A DNA stretch of 57,319 nucleotides. Origin: Bacteroidales bacterium. GTDB lineage: Bacteria > Bacteroidota > Bacteroidia > Bacteroidales > UBA12077. A program made the translations under genes and the position numbers. Below, in pieces: positions 37,774-48,900 of this stretch (positions are counted from its first letter, which is position 1; every line of letters begins with the position of its first letter). The DNA lies in assembly GCA_041686115.1 (NCBI GenBank), contig JAWLEM010000001.1, positions 1 to 57,319 of the forward strand, read 5' to 3'. Under the pieces are notes generated by a model. It did not search any database and was not told the origin of the DNA. It saw only the letters and a list, made by a program, of their open reading frames with translations.

Positions 37774-38835
37774 CTATTCTGACTCTTTATCAGAAATTTC
37801 GTGGTGCTGTAAAGGATTTTTTGAAATCTCTTTATATTCCTTCCTGTTTTTAAAAATATCGCAAGCCAAATAAATCGCATTTCTAAATGAATCGGGAGTG
37901 GCTTTTCCCTGTCCCGCAATTTCATAAGCAGTTCCGTGACCCGGGGATGTGCGTATAAAGTCTAATCCGGCTGTATAGTTTACACCGGAGTCGAAAGCGA
38001 GTGCTTTAAAAGGAGCAAGTCCCTGGTCGTGATACATGGCCAGAACTGCATCGTATTGCATAAAGTTATCGTTGCCAAAAAAACCATCGGCTGGGTATGG
38101 TCCAAGAGCCAGTATATTTTCTTCTTTTGCTTTTTCAATTGCAGGAATTATTATATCACTCTCTTCGGTTCCAATTAATCCATTATCTCCGGCATGGGGG
38201 TTTAATCCCAGCACTGCAATTTTAGGTTTTCTTATCCTAAAATCCTGTATTAATGACTTATTCATTATCCGCAATTTCGCTAAAATATTTTCCACATTAA
38301 TTGCACCTGGCACATCACTAATAGGAATATGTCCGGTAACAACACCTATTTTTAAGTACTCGCTCACCATTAACATCAAAGATTCATCAGAGCCATCCTC
38401 TTTTGTCAAATATTCTGTGTGTCCCGGGAAATTAAACTGATCTGATTGAATATTATCCTTATTAATCGGGGCAGTTACCAGAACATCAATTTTATCTTCT
38501 TTTAAACTTTTAACCGCCTGCTCGAGAGAGATAAACGAAGATTCACCTGCTATCGGTGTTGATTTACCTAATTCAACCCTTACATTATCATCCAAACAAT
38601 TAATAATATTGGCTCTTTTGAAATTGGCTTCATCTGCCGTTTTAATATTATTGAAACTAAAGTTCGCAATATTCAGTGCTTTCCGATGATATGCTGCTAC
38701 TTTTGCTGATCCAAAAACCACAGGAACACAAAAATCTAGAATTCTATTATCCATTAACGATTTGATAATCACCTCATAACTTATTCCATTTATATCTCCA
38801 TGCGATATACCTACAACTATTTTATCTTGAATCAT
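37774..38835 (-). CDS. pdxA: 4-hydroxythreonine-4-phosphate dehydrogenase
   Basis: 353 aa with metal and substrate motifs FPGHTEYL, GLNPHAGDNG, MYHDQGL and SPGHGTA. Confidence 0.9.
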   Translation of the reverse strand: MIQDKIVVGISHGDINGISYEVIIKSLMDNRILDFCVPVVFGSAKVAAYHRKALNIANFSFNNIKTADEANFKRANIINCLDDNVRVELGKSTPIAGESSFISLEQAVKSLKEDKIDVLVTAPINKDNIQSDQFNFPGHTEYLTKEDGSDESLMLMVSEYLKIGVVTGHIPISDVPGAINVENILAKLRIMNKSLIQDFRIRKPKIAVLGLNPHAGDNGLIGTEESDIIIPAIEKAKEENILALGPYPADGFFGNDNFMQYDAVLAMYHDQGLAPFKALAFDSGVNYTAGLDFIRTSPGHGTAYEIAGQGKATPDSFRNAIYLACDIFKNRKEYKEISKNPLQHHEISDKESE

Positions 38836-38897
38836 ATATTGATCGTTTTAAAATTTGAATTTAAGTTAAGCAAAATTAACAATTATTCGGCAAGTTT

Positions 38898-40340
38898 TTA
38901 TAACTGGCTATTAAAGAAATCGAAAAACAAGCGCACACCAACTCCGGTACCCCCTATGCTCCTGTAATTATCTCTTTTGGTTAAAAATGCACTGCCTGCT
39001 ATATCCAAATGAATCCATGGATAATCAACAAACCGCTGTAAAAATTTAGCTGCAGTAATGGCTCCTGCTTCTTTTCCCCCAATATTTTTAATGTCTGCAA
39101 TATCTGATTTTAGCATCTCGTCATATTCTTCCCACAAAGGAAATTCAACAATACGCTCGTAAACATTATTACCTGAAATTTTTAATTGTTCCAACAGCTG
39201 ACACTTTTCCTCTTTAAGATTGGACATGGCCACCACACCAGAATCTCCAATAGCATGAGCAGCAGATCCGGTTAGGGTTGCAATATCGATAACCAGACTG
39301 GGATTATACTGCCTTGCAAAGCTCAGTGCATCAGCTAAAATCAACCTACCTTCGGCATCTGTATTTTTTATCTCAACAGTTACACCATTATTCATTTTAA
39401 TCACATCATCGGGAACATAGGCATTCCCATTTGTTCTATTATCTGTTGCAGGAATAAGTGCAATGGTGTAAACCGGCATTTTTGCTTTTGCCAGGGCGTA
39501 CATTGTACCAGCAACAGAAGCAGCTCCTGCCATGTCAGATTTCATGTTATCTAAATAATTACCCGGTTTTAAATTCATTCCGCCGGTATCATAAACCACA
39601 CCTTTACCTACAAGTATAAATGGTTTTTTATTGACTGCATTTGATGGTTTCCATGTTAATACTGAAAATGTTGGTGGGTCAATACTTCCTTTATTTACAG
39701 TAAGCAATCCATTCATTTTCAGTGATTCGATTTTTTTATGATTAAAAATCTCTACATCGAAATCAGCCAGTTTACCTATTTTTTCAAATTCTTCGGCTAA
39801 TTGCTCTGCATTCAGGCTCGCAACAGGCTCGTTTACTAAATCACGAGTAAGATATACTGCCTGAAGGATAATATTTAATTCATCTATTTGCTCATTAGTA
39901 ATTTTTGAGCTCAATACTTTTATTTCCTGTAGAATGTTTTTCTTTTCGTCCTTTTTCGAAACATATTTTAAAAACTGATAATGGCTTAGCCCAAGTCCTT
40001 CGATATAAGCCAGTGTAAACTCAGCATTATTGCATAAATCAATAATTAAAACCTCTTTATGCTTATTTTCTTTCAGGTCGGTATATAGATCCCCTGCCTG
40101 CCTTCTCAGTTTCTCCTTAGTTTTATAAATATCTTCTCCAGCATCAATAAAATGAATATATGACCACTTAAAATACGAATTAATTTTAACCAACTTTTTA
40201 TCATCAATCGCTAAATTTTTGATATACTCAAATTCAGTAGGTGAGAAAGCGTAGTTTTTTAAATCTTTATAATCTGATGCAAGATAAATAACAGGTAAAT
40301 CAACCTGAGAATCCAGTATTTTATTTATTTTCATTTCCAT
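38898..40340 (-). CDS. pepA: Leucyl aminopeptidase (M17 family)
   Basis: M17 signature NTDAEGRLILADAL, plus VGKGVVYDTGG and MKSDMAGAA. Confidence 0.9.
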   Translation of the reverse strand: MEMKINKILDSQVDLPVIYLASDYKDLKNYAFSPTEFEYIKNLAIDDKKLVKINSYFKWSYIHFIDAGEDIYKTKEKLRRQAGDLYTDLKENKHKEVLIIDLCNNAEFTLAYIEGLGLSHYQFLKYVSKKDEKKNILQEIKVLSSKITNEQIDELNIILQAVYLTRDLVNEPVASLNAEQLAEEFEKIGKLADFDVEIFNHKKIESLKMNGLLTVNKGSIDPPTFSVLTWKPSNAVNKKPFILVGKGVVYDTGGMNLKPGNYLDNMKSDMAGAASVAGTMYALAKAKMPVYTIALIPATDNRTNGNAYVPDDVIKMNNGVTVEIKNTDAEGRLILADALSFARQYNPSLVIDIATLTGSAAHAIGDSGVVAMSNLKEEKCQLLEQLKISGNNVYERIVEFPLWEEYDEMLKSDIADIKNIGGKEAGAITAAKFLQRFVDYPWIHLDIAGSAFLTKRDNYRSIGGTGVGVRLFFDFFNSQL

Positions 40341-40421
40341 GGTTGAACTTCTTATAGTGTAATTTGTAAAGTTAATAAAATTGAAGCAAGTCTTTATTCT
40401 AAAATCATCAATAGAATTAAT

Positions 40422-40429
40422 TATTTTTG
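40422..40429 (+). promoter_or_regulatory. Candidate -7 promoter box (TAnnTTTG) for the mqnC-like gene
   Basis: TATTTTTG lies 19 nt upstream of the ATG at 40448. It overlaps the TTG-extended track ORF, which argues for the 40448 start. Confidence 0.35.
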
Positions 40430-40447
40430 CATTTAATAAATATTATA

Positions 40448-41557
40448 ATGAACATCAAAAATCTTTATAAAAAAGCACTTCATCATGACTTTTTAACAAT
40501 TGAAGAGGGGCTTTTGTTGTACGAAAATGCACCACTAGAAGAATTAGTTTATATAGCTAATACTTTAAGACAAGATCATAAACAAGATCATATCGTAACC
40601 TGGCAAATTGACCGAAATATCAATATTACAAATGCTTGTATTTCGCAATGCAAGTTTTGCAATTTTTACCGCAACCCAAAGGACGAGCAGGTTTATGTTA
40701 CATCTATTGATGAGTACAAAATTAAAATCGAAGAGTTGTTTAATCTGGGTGGTAATCAATTATTGTTGCAAGGAGGCTTGCATCCGAAATTAAAACTTGA
40801 TTTTTATACTAACTTATTTAAAAAATTAAAATCACTTTATCCAAACCTGAAATTGCATGCACTGGGGCCACCAGAGATTGTTCATTTAGCAAGGCTAGAA
40901 AAGAAAACTTACAGAGAAATTCTTGAATCATTAATAAAGGCGGGATTGGATAGTTTACCCGGCGCCGGTGCAGAGATTTTATGCGACCGGGTACGAAAAA
41001 GTATCTCCCCCGGAAAAGCAAATACTCAACAATGGCTTGATGTTATGCGCGAAGCACATCAATTAAATATGGTAACATCGGCAACCATGATGTTTGGCCA
41101 TATCGAAACAAAAAAAGAGCGAATAGAGCATTTGGTTGCTTTCCGGCAGGTTCAATCGGAAAAGCCGGAAACAGCGCCGGGATTTTTAGCTTTTATTCCT
41201 TGGCCTTTCCAGGATACAAATACATTTTTACAACGAGAATTGGGCATTAAAAATGAAGTTACTTCCGAAGAATATATTAAAACCATTGCGATAAGCCGTA
41301 TTATGTTACCCAATATAAAAAACATACAGGCTTCGTGGTTAACGGTAGGAAAAGATATTGCACAAATATGCCTGCATGCAGGAGCCAACGATTTTGGGTC
41401 AATCATGATAGAAGAAAATGTTGTTTCGTCGGCTGGCGCCGATTACAAATTCGATGCCAAAGGCATACAGCAAGCCATACGCGAAGCAGGCTTTGAACCC
41501 CGGCTAAGAAATCAAAGGTACGAGTTTATTGATTTTAAATTAAAATCTCCGGAGTAG
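40448..41557 (+). CDS. mqnC: Radical SAM menaquinone (futalosine pathway) enzyme, MqnC-like cyclic dehypoxanthinyl futalosine synthase
   Basis: Radical SAM cluster CISQCKFCNF and CofH/MqnC/MqnE-family motifs QGGLHP, LHALGPPEIVHLA and GLDSLPGAGAEIL. The choice of MqnC over MqnE is from memory only. Confidence 0.65.
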   Translation: MNIKNLYKKALHHDFLTIEEGLLLYENAPLEELVYIANTLRQDHKQDHIVTWQIDRNINITNACISQCKFCNFYRNPKDEQVYVTSIDEYKIKIEELFNLGGNQLLLQGGLHPKLKLDFYTNLFKKLKSLYPNLKLHALGPPEIVHLARLEKKTYREILESLIKAGLDSLPGAGAEILCDRVRKSISPGKANTQQWLDVMREAHQLNMVTSATMMFGHIETKKERIEHLVAFRQVQSEKPETAPGFLAFIPWPFQDTNTFLQRELGIKNEVTSEEYIKTIAISRIMLPNIKNIQASWLTVGKDIAQICLHAGANDFGSIMIEENVVSSAGADYKFDAKGIQQAIREAGFEPRLRNQRYEFIDFKLKSPE

Positions 41558-41575
41558 TTTTTCCGGAGATTTTAA
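41543..41575. terminator. Bidirectional terminator hairpin between the convergent mqnC-like and abgT-family genes
   Basis: AAATCTCCGGA (41543-41553) pairs perfectly with TCCGGAGATTT (41562-41572), an 11-bp stem around an 8-nt loop. It spans the mqnC stop codon and has AT-rich flanks. Confidence 0.6.
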
Positions 41576-41580
41576 TTGAA

Positions 41581-43134
41581 TTATGGTGACGGGATAAATA
41601 AAGGGCCATCAGGACCCAAAGGTAAACCAATTAACATCCATCCAATCAATAATAGAATCCATCCTAATGTAAGCACAACTGTATATGGCAACATGGACGA
41701 GATGATGGTTCCCACTCCGTATTTTTCGTCATATTTTTGTGCAAAAGTTACAATTAAAGCAAAGTAGCTCATCATTGGAGTAATAAGATTAGTAACAGAA
41801 TCGCCAATACGAAATGCAGCCTGCGTTAACCCCGGATGATATGGAGGGTCAATTAGCATAAGCATTGGAATAAATACAGGTGCCATAATTGCCCATTTTG
41901 CAGATGCGCTACCCATAAACATGTTAATAAATGCCGAAAGAAAAACAAATGCTACAATTAATGAAATTCCAGTTAATCCAATACTCTGTAATGTTTGAGC
42001 TCCCTTTATAGCAAAAATAATTCCCAGGTTACTATAATTAAAAAAATATACAAACTGTGCAGCAAAAAACACCAACACAATATATCCACCCATTCCACCC
42101 ATCGATTTTCCCAGGAATTTGGCAACATCTTTATCACTTTTTATGGTACCCACAGTAATTCCATAAATAAGGCCGGGAATAAAGAACATGATTAAAATTG
42201 CAATGATTATTCCTTCAAAGAAAGGAGAATGTAGTACAGAAGCTGTATCAGGGTCTCTAAAGATGCCATTTTCGGGAATAACAGAAAATGCCAGGGCAAT
42301 AAGCGTTATCAACAATCCCCATCCGGCATATCTTAATCCTTTTTTTTCTTTAGGGGTAAGTTGTACAATAGGGAGTTTTTCAGCACTACCTTCATATTTA
42401 CCTAATCGTGGTTCTACAATTTTTTCGGTTACCCATGTACCCAAAATTACAACCAAAAAACTGGAAACAAACATAAAATAATAGTTCACTGCAGGATTAA
42501 CTTTTATGGCAGGTAAAATCATCTGTGCTGCAGATTCAGAAATTCCGGCTAATACGGGATCGATTGATCCGATAAAAAAGTTAGCACCAAAACCTCCACT
42601 TACACCGCAAAATGCAGCTGCTAAACCAGCCATTGGATGCCGACCAAGGGCATGAAAAATCATTGCGCCTAAAGGAATAAGAATAACATACCCGGCCTCG
42701 GATGCTAAATGCGAAAGAATCCCTGCCAGAACTATTGCACCTGTAATTAATTTGGGCGGCGCACTCAAAACAAGAGATCTGATCATTGTATTAAACAAGC
42801 CGGACCCCTCGGCAACACCAATACCAATCATTACAACCAAGACATAACCTAAGGGAGGAAATTTAAGAAAATTTTCAATGAGGTTTGTGTACATCCAACG
42901 AATACCATCGGCACTTACCAGGTTACGGGCTTCAATTAATGTACCATCAACAGGATGAACAGCCTGAGCATTAAGCACATGCCCAAGCCATGAAACAAGG
43001 ACTACAATAAGTGCTAATAAAGCAAAAAGCGTTGCAGGATGAGGCAACCGGTTACCAATTATTTCAACATAATCAAGCGAGCGGGCAAATATTTTACCCA
43101 TTTTCCGACGAATTTTTTTAAAAAAGTGTCTCAT
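41581..43134 (-). CDS. AbgT family transporter (p-aminobenzoyl-glutamate / antimetabolite efflux family)
   Basis: 517 aa and polytopic. The N-terminus has the IEIIGNRLPHP motif typical of AbgT/MtrF proteins. Confidence 0.85.
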   Translation of the reverse strand: MRHFFKKIRRKMGKIFARSLDYVEIIGNRLPHPATLFALLALIVVLVSWLGHVLNAQAVHPVDGTLIEARNLVSADGIRWMYTNLIENFLKFPPLGYVLVVMIGIGVAEGSGLFNTMIRSLVLSAPPKLITGAIVLAGILSHLASEAGYVILIPLGAMIFHALGRHPMAGLAAAFCGVSGGFGANFFIGSIDPVLAGISESAAQMILPAIKVNPAVNYYFMFVSSFLVVILGTWVTEKIVEPRLGKYEGSAEKLPIVQLTPKEKKGLRYAGWGLLITLIALAFSVIPENGIFRDPDTASVLHSPFFEGIIIAILIMFFIPGLIYGITVGTIKSDKDVAKFLGKSMGGMGGYIVLVFFAAQFVYFFNYSNLGIIFAIKGAQTLQSIGLTGISLIVAFVFLSAFINMFMGSASAKWAIMAPVFIPMLMLIDPPYHPGLTQAAFRIGDSVTNLITPMMSYFALIVTFAQKYDEKYGVGTIISSMLPYTVVLTLGWILLLIGWMLIGLPLGPDGPLFIPSP

Positions 43135-43274
43135 CTGGTTTATTTTTTGTCTTTTTTTAAATTAAAATCCGTCAATAATATATTTTTTTCCATAATCCAC
43201 AAAATCATATCTGTAACTCTCTTTTTGTTTTACTTTAAGTAATCACAAATACGTTACCTGTTAATGAGATAAAT

Positions 43275-43308
43275 AAAAAAAAGCCCTGATAATAAAAAAA
43301 ATCAGGGC
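43275..43308 (-). terminator. Rho-independent terminator after the PQQ-like propeller gene
   Basis: On the minus strand: GCCCTGAT, a 10-nt loop, ATCAGGGC, then TTTTTTTT. It lies 27 nt after the stop at 43335. Confidence 0.7.
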
Positions 43309-43334
43309 AACTGTATAAAAAAAGATCGATAATT

Positions 43335-44654
43335 CTATTTTTCTGATAGTGCATAAATATACCCATCAGCACTTCCATAAAAAATCGTTTCATTTGAAAT
43401 AACGGGAGATGATAGTATGGCACCTGAAGATTCAAATAAATGTTCGTACATTTTAACCATGTTAGAATAATTTGTTACATCCAACTTAATCATTAAATCA
43501 CGTAGCTTTTCCTTATTCATTACTCCTTTTTTGTTATAAATTCCAAGTGTGTTATTTTTTACGGTTTTACTTTTATATTCCCAATCAATAGATTGGTCGT
43601 TTAAGTTAATTCCGTAAAGCCGTCCATTGGCAGAACCAACATATGCCATTTGCTGATTAATGGCAGGCGACGAAAAAGTATATGAATGAGTATCTATCGT
43701 TTTAATAATTTTTCCAGTACTTTTATCAATGACATAAAAACAAAAACCATCAGAAGAACCACAATACAGATTCTTTCCTATGGCAAAAGAAGATGGCATC
43801 CACGACCGGTTAAAATTATCATTCGTCCAGATTGTGTCACCAGAGTTTATATCTATACAATAAATTGAAGCATCGCGAGATCCTATATACAATTTTTCAT
43901 CTTCAATAGCCGGTGAAGCTTGTACCCCTAACCAAACATATTGTTCAGTATCTTGTCCGGTTTCAAATTGCCAGATTTCAGTACCTGTCTGCATATCAAG
44001 GCAATAAACCCTGCCATCAAAGCTTCCAAAATAAACTTTGTTGTCTTTTATTGCAGGAGATGAGTGTACTGCTCCTTCTGTTTTAAAATGCCATTTTTCT
44101 TTGCCAGTATCCAAATCAACAGCATAGAATTTTTCCCCTGCACCAAAATATATGGTATTACTATAAATGGTTGGCGACGATTGGTAAAAATCCCAAAAGT
44201 CTTCAACCATTTCATCTGGATTATAATAATTTTTAATCAAATGTTTTTGGTCACCAGTAGTTTCAAATTGCCAAACCTGCTTCCCTGATTTTTTATTCAA
44301 TTTGTATAAAAATCCATCATAACTTAAGAAGTAAACAAATTGATCTTTTAAAGCAGCAGTTGAATAAATCGCCCCATCGGTTTCAAATTTCCAGTTCAGG
44401 TTACCGGTTTTTGCATTCAGGGAATAAAAATTTTGATCACCGCTACCGACGTAAATATTGTTATGATCATACGTAACTGATGCATAAATTTCTCCACCGG
44501 TTTTAAATTTCCACAATTCTGAAGGATTCTTTTTAACCGACAATGATTGGTATACACCGGTATTTAACTGATTATTTCGGTACTGATTGGAAAATTTTTC
44601 TGAACATGAAGACAACAAAACAGCTCCGGTAAGTATTAAAAATAGTTTTCTCAT
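43335..44654 (-). CDS. PQQ-like (BamB/YfgL-type) beta-propeller repeat lipoprotein
   Basis: Lipobox LLSSC. The repeated units read G...W.F.T.G.I.SSPA......YFGS.DG..Y..D..TG (about 8 blades). Confidence 0.8.
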   Translation of the reverse strand: MRKLFLILTGAVLLSSCSEKFSNQYRNNQLNTGVYQSLSVKKNPSELWKFKTGGEIYASVTYDHNNIYVGSGDQNFYSLNAKTGNLNWKFETDGAIYSTAALKDQFVYFLSYDGFLYKLNKKSGKQVWQFETTGDQKHLIKNYYNPDEMVEDFWDFYQSSPTIYSNTIYFGAGEKFYAVDLDTGKEKWHFKTEGAVHSSPAIKDNKVYFGSFDGRVYCLDMQTGTEIWQFETGQDTEQYVWLGVQASPAIEDEKLYIGSRDASIYCIDINSGDTIWTNDNFNRSWMPSSFAIGKNLYCGSSDGFCFYVIDKSTGKIIKTIDTHSYTFSSPAINQQMAYVGSANGRLYGINLNDQSIDWEYKSKTVKNNTLGIYNKKGVMNKEKLRDLMIKLDVTNYSNMVKMYEHLFESSGAILSSPVISNETIFYGSADGYIYALSEK

Positions 44655-44785
44655 TTTAGGATAAAATTTAAAGGTTCACTAATCAGATAAACGAAATGCC
44701 GTTTGCCCTATTAAAAAGTGTCAGAATTTATACATAATCCTAAAATCAGAACAATTCATTATATTGAAAGATCAACAAAAAGAAT

Positions 44786-45241
44786 CTAATCAATAACCGT
44801 CTTAAGATGAATATCGAAAATTAAAACAGAATTTGCCGGAATTGAACCCTGGCTTTCGCTTCCATAGCCAAGAGCTGATGGGATCAAAAGTTTGCCTTTT
44901 CCTCCTTCATTAAATAACTGCATACCTTCTTGCCAGCCTTCAATTAATTTAAACAATTGAATGGTGATTTCTCCACTATCAAAAACTTCTCCATTAAGCA
45001 ATCGCCCGGTATATACAACAGTTATAATAGACGAATAAGTTGGTCTTACACCACTTCCCTGCTCGTCGATAATATAATGCAATCCGGAGTCGGTAGATTG
45101 GGCTGTTAAATTGCTGTCTGCAAGATAATCCTGAATTAATGCAATATCTTTTTTTAATTGTACTGCAGCATCGTCATCATCATCATTACAGGAAATAAGG
45201 AACAGAATTGGTAATGCGATTAAAATTAATAGTTTTCTCAT
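44786..45241 (-). CDS. FKBP-type peptidyl-prolyl cis-trans isomerase lipoprotein
   Basis: FKBP motifs VVYTGRLLNGEVFDS, GWQEGMQLFNEGGKGKLLIPSALGYG and LIFDIHL. The start is chosen at MRKLLILIALPILFLISC (signal peptide plus lipobox) rather than the upstream ATG at 45268. Confidence 0.85.
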   Translation of the reverse strand: MRKLLILIALPILFLISCNDDDDDAAVQLKKDIALIQDYLADSNLTAQSTDSGLHYIIDEQGSGVRPTYSSIITVVYTGRLLNGEVFDSGEITIQLFKLIEGWQEGMQLFNEGGKGKLLIPSALGYGSESQGSIPANSVLIFDIHLKTVID

Positions 45242-45271
45242 TTTTGTCTGTTTATTTAGAATTGTCATTTA

Positions 45272-45724
45272 TTATTTTGCCATTAAACCAAATAATCGCC
45301 ATATGGTACGGTGAAATTTATGAATGCTTTTAACTGGTTCGGCATACATTAATATACAAGATTTATCGATCAGGTTGATGCTTTTTTCTTCTGCAATTTT
45401 ACGCGAGTTTTCTGTACCAGACATTTGCTGAATCCAAACATGCTTAATTCCTTTTTGTGCAGCCTGCTCTAAAATGTTGTCTGTTTTCGTTTTTGGAGTA
45501 ACAATAAACAATTTATCAAAATCATCAGGAATATCAGAAACAGATTGATAGCACTTAACCCCTTCAATTTCATCCATTTTAGGATTAATCGGGCAAACTT
45601 CAAACCCTTTTTGCCTGAGTTCATTAAATACGGCATAACCAAACTTTTTAGTATTTGCAGAAACGCCAGCAATAGCAACTTTTTTGAGAGCTAAGAATTG
45701 CTCAATACTTTCTTTTTTTCTCAT
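45272..45724 (-). CDS. CoA-binding domain protein (YccU/YneT-like)
   Basis: KKVAIAGVSANTKKFGY is a CoA-binding Rossmann motif. The start is chosen at M30 (MRKKESIEQF), because the upstream 29 codons look like non-coding read-through. Confidence 0.75.
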   Translation of the reverse strand: MRKKESIEQFLALKKVAIAGVSANTKKFGYAVFNELRQKGFEVCPINPKMDEIEGVKCYQSVSDIPDDFDKLFIVTPKTKTDNILEQAAQKGIKHVWIQQMSGTENSRKIAEEKSINLIDKSCILMYAEPVKSIHKFHRTIWRLFGLMAK

Positions 45725-45857
45725 AATACAAATTTTACCGGCAAATATAATGAATAATAGAATAGCTTGATTTAGAATTTTGGATATACTCCAACAAAAA
45801 CAATTATTCATAAAAATTACCCAAAACTTAATGCATTGATAAACAAAATAAATAATA

Positions 45858-45865
45858 TAATTTTG
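45858..45865 (+). promoter_or_regulatory. Candidate -7 promoter box (TAnnTTTG) for the double-UvrA gene
   Basis: TAATTTTG lies 133 nt upstream of the ATG at 45998. Confidence 0.3.
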
Positions 45866-45997
45866 CTTTTCTTACGGATGATAAGAACGAAAAATTGTTT
45901 ATTAATTATAGCCATATAGACAAAAATTAATTGCCTGGCATTATTCATTCATTTTTTGACTAATGACAAGACACCAAAAATTAAGAAAGATAAACCA

Positions 45998-48900
45998 ATG
46001 CAACATATCCAAATCGAAAAAGCAAGCGAACATAACTTAAAAGATATAAGCTTAAAAATTCCACATCATCAGATAACCTGTATTACGGGAGTTTCAGGAT
46101 CAGGAAAATCTTCGTTGGTATATGATATCATTTGTAAAGAAAGTCAACGCAGGTATTTTGAATCTTACTCTTCTTATGCCCGCCAATTCTTAGGCAAAAT
46201 GAGCCGTCCCGATGTAGAGCGGATTGAAGGATTAATGCCCGCGATTTCGGTAGATCAAAAAACAGTAAGCCGAAATCCACGATCTACCGTTGGTACTATG
46301 AGTGAGATATACGACTATTTACGGTTACTTTTTGCCCGCTTAGGCGAGAAGTCAAATCAATTCCCGGAAATAAAATTAACCCGCAGCCTGTTTTCTTTTA
46401 ACAGTCCTGATGGCTACTGCTCACATTGCAAAGGACTGGGAGTTGAAGACCAGATTGACCCGGAATTATTGATTAAAGATGAAAATAAAAGTTTACGGCA
46501 GGGAGCATTAAAAATAACTACACCTTCCGGCTATACAATTTATTCTCAGGTTACCATCGATGTGCTTGACCAGGTTTGCCGTTCCGAAGGTTTTCATGTG
46601 GATATTCCATGGAAAGATTTAACCGATAAGCAAAAGGATATCATTTTAAACGGCAGCAGCAAAATCAAAATTCCGTTTGGCAAACACACTCTCGAATCGA
46701 GGATGAAATGGAGCGGAATAACAGCAAAACCCAGAGAAGAAGGTTATTATAAAGGGATTCTCCCTATCATGGAAAATATTCTTCGTGTGGATCGGAATCC
46801 AAATATTTTACGTTTTGCAAAAACTGTAAAATGCAAGCAGTGCAATGGAAAAAGGCTTAATCAAAAAGCTCTTTCGGTAACCATTAATCATCAAAATATC
46901 ACCGATTTTGCATCATTGCCGGTATCACAATTAAAAACAACATTTGAAAATATTGAATTTTCCGGCAGTAAACACGAAGTATTTGATTCCATCAAAAATA
47001 AAATCATTGAAAGGTGCCATATCTTTGAAGAACTGGGATTAAACTATTTGACATTAATGCGCGAATCCACAACCCTTTCTGGTGGCGAAGCACAACGAAT
47101 AAGGTTAGCAACGCAAATTGGAAATGGTTTGCGCGGAATCCTTTATATTTTAGACGAACCTTCCATTGGGCTCCATCCCCGAGATAATGAGCGGATGATA
47201 AAAATAATGAAGCAATTACGAAACCAGGGAAATACGGTTTTGGTAGTGGAGCACGATAAAGAAACCATGCTAAATGCCGACCGGATTATTGATATTGGCC
47301 CTAAAGCAGGCAAAGATGGAGGTGAAATATTATTTAATACTGAAATTGAAAAAATTGATAACATTGAATATGCTGAAAGTGAAACACTAAAATTTCTTAG
47401 AAAAATACCGGAAGATTTGGGCATATCCAAAAATCTATCAGCCCTATGGCTTAAAATAAAAGGAGCAAAATGGCATAACTTAAAAAATATTGATGTTGAT
47501 TTTCGTTTACATGCTTTAAATGTGGTTACCGGTGTATCGGGAGCCGGAAAATCTACCCTGGTTTTTGATATCTTAGGAAAATATTACGAAAAGAAGCTCA
47601 AGAATGAACCCTTAAAAAATTTTAGAGCCAAAGATATTCTGGAAGATACAGCTATCCAAAAAATAATAGAAATTGACCAATCGCCCATAGGAAGAACGCC
47701 CCGGAGCAACCCGGCAACATATACCAAATTGTTCGATTTTATCCGGAAATTATTTGCTCAGCTACCTGAATCGAGAAAAAACGGATGGAAACAGGGGCAC
47801 TTTTCGTTTAACACCAAAGGCGGGCGCTGTGAAAACTGCGAAGGTGCCGGAACCATCCAAACAGGGATGCACTTTTTAGCAAATATTGAAACTACTTGTG
47901 AATCATGCCTGGGTAAACGCTATGATGAAAAAACACTAAACGTTAAATACAAAGGAAAAAATATTTCTGAAATTCTGGAGATGGAAATTTCTGATGCTGC
48001 AATTTTTTTTAAAGATGAGCCCCTAATTGATCATTATCTAAATGTAATGAATGATTTAGGTTTAGGTTATCTTTCCTTAGGGCAGTCGGCTACAACTTTA
48101 TCCGGTGGCGAAGCTCAACGATTAAAGCTAGCAACCGAGCTGGTAAAACCAACCAAGAACCATACCCTTTATATTTTTGATGAACCCACAACAGGGCTGC
48201 ATGCTTACGATGTTTCCATCCTGTTAAAAGCATTACAAAATCTAACAAAAAAGGGTCATACAGTAATTGTTATCGAACATGACAATGAAATTATTCGCTT
48301 TGCAGATCATATTGTTGATTTAGGGCCAGAAGGAGGAGCCTCTGGTGGAGAAGTTATATTTTCCGGCAGCTATAAAGATTTATTGAATTGTAAGAAATCA
48401 TATACAGCACAAGCACTGATCGAGTCGAAATCGCCAAAAAAACCGGAAGGAAAAAATGATTTAGAACAAATCATTAATAACCCGATTGTTTTTAAAGGCG
48501 TTCGAACGCACAATTTAAAAGGGATAGATGTTAAGATTCCGAGGAATAAACTAACCGTAATAACCGGAGTTAGTGGTAGTGGCAAGTCATCACTGGCATT
48601 CGACACGTTGTTTGCCGAGGGGCAATTCCGGTTTACAGAAAGTTTTTCGGCCTATGCACGCAGCTTAATCCAACAAAAAGCGCGTCCTGATTTTATAGAA
48701 AGCGCAGGTTTAACTCCCACTATTGCAGTGAACCAACAATCAATCACCCGCAATCCGAGAGCCACTGTGGGCACATTAACAGGCCTGTATGATTTATACC
48801 GTTTGCTGTTTTCACGTATATCAAGAGATACAAAAGGCAATCAATGCACCCTGCTATCCAATCATTTTTCATTTAATCATCATGCCGGGGCTTGCCCCGT

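Noticed and set aside
37722-37925. 67-aa minus-strand ORF overlapping the pdxA 3' end and its terminator
   Set aside because: It is out of frame within pdxA and runs through the terminator hairpin. No independent support.
43235-43435. 66-aa minus-strand ORF overlapping the end of the PQQ-propeller gene
   Set aside because: It overlaps the 3' end of a well-supported gene and its terminator in another frame, and looks non-coding.
45956-45997. N-terminal extensions from TTG starts given by the ORF track. Affected genes are the UvrA-like gene (45956), the TonB-dependent receptor (20537), mqnC (40427), sufD (5057), gcvH (24979) and the kinase (20485).
   Set aside because: In each case the first codon is TTG. 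A nearby in-frame ATG yields the canonical family N-terminus or a proper signal peptide. For mqnC the extension also overlaps the candidate promoter box.
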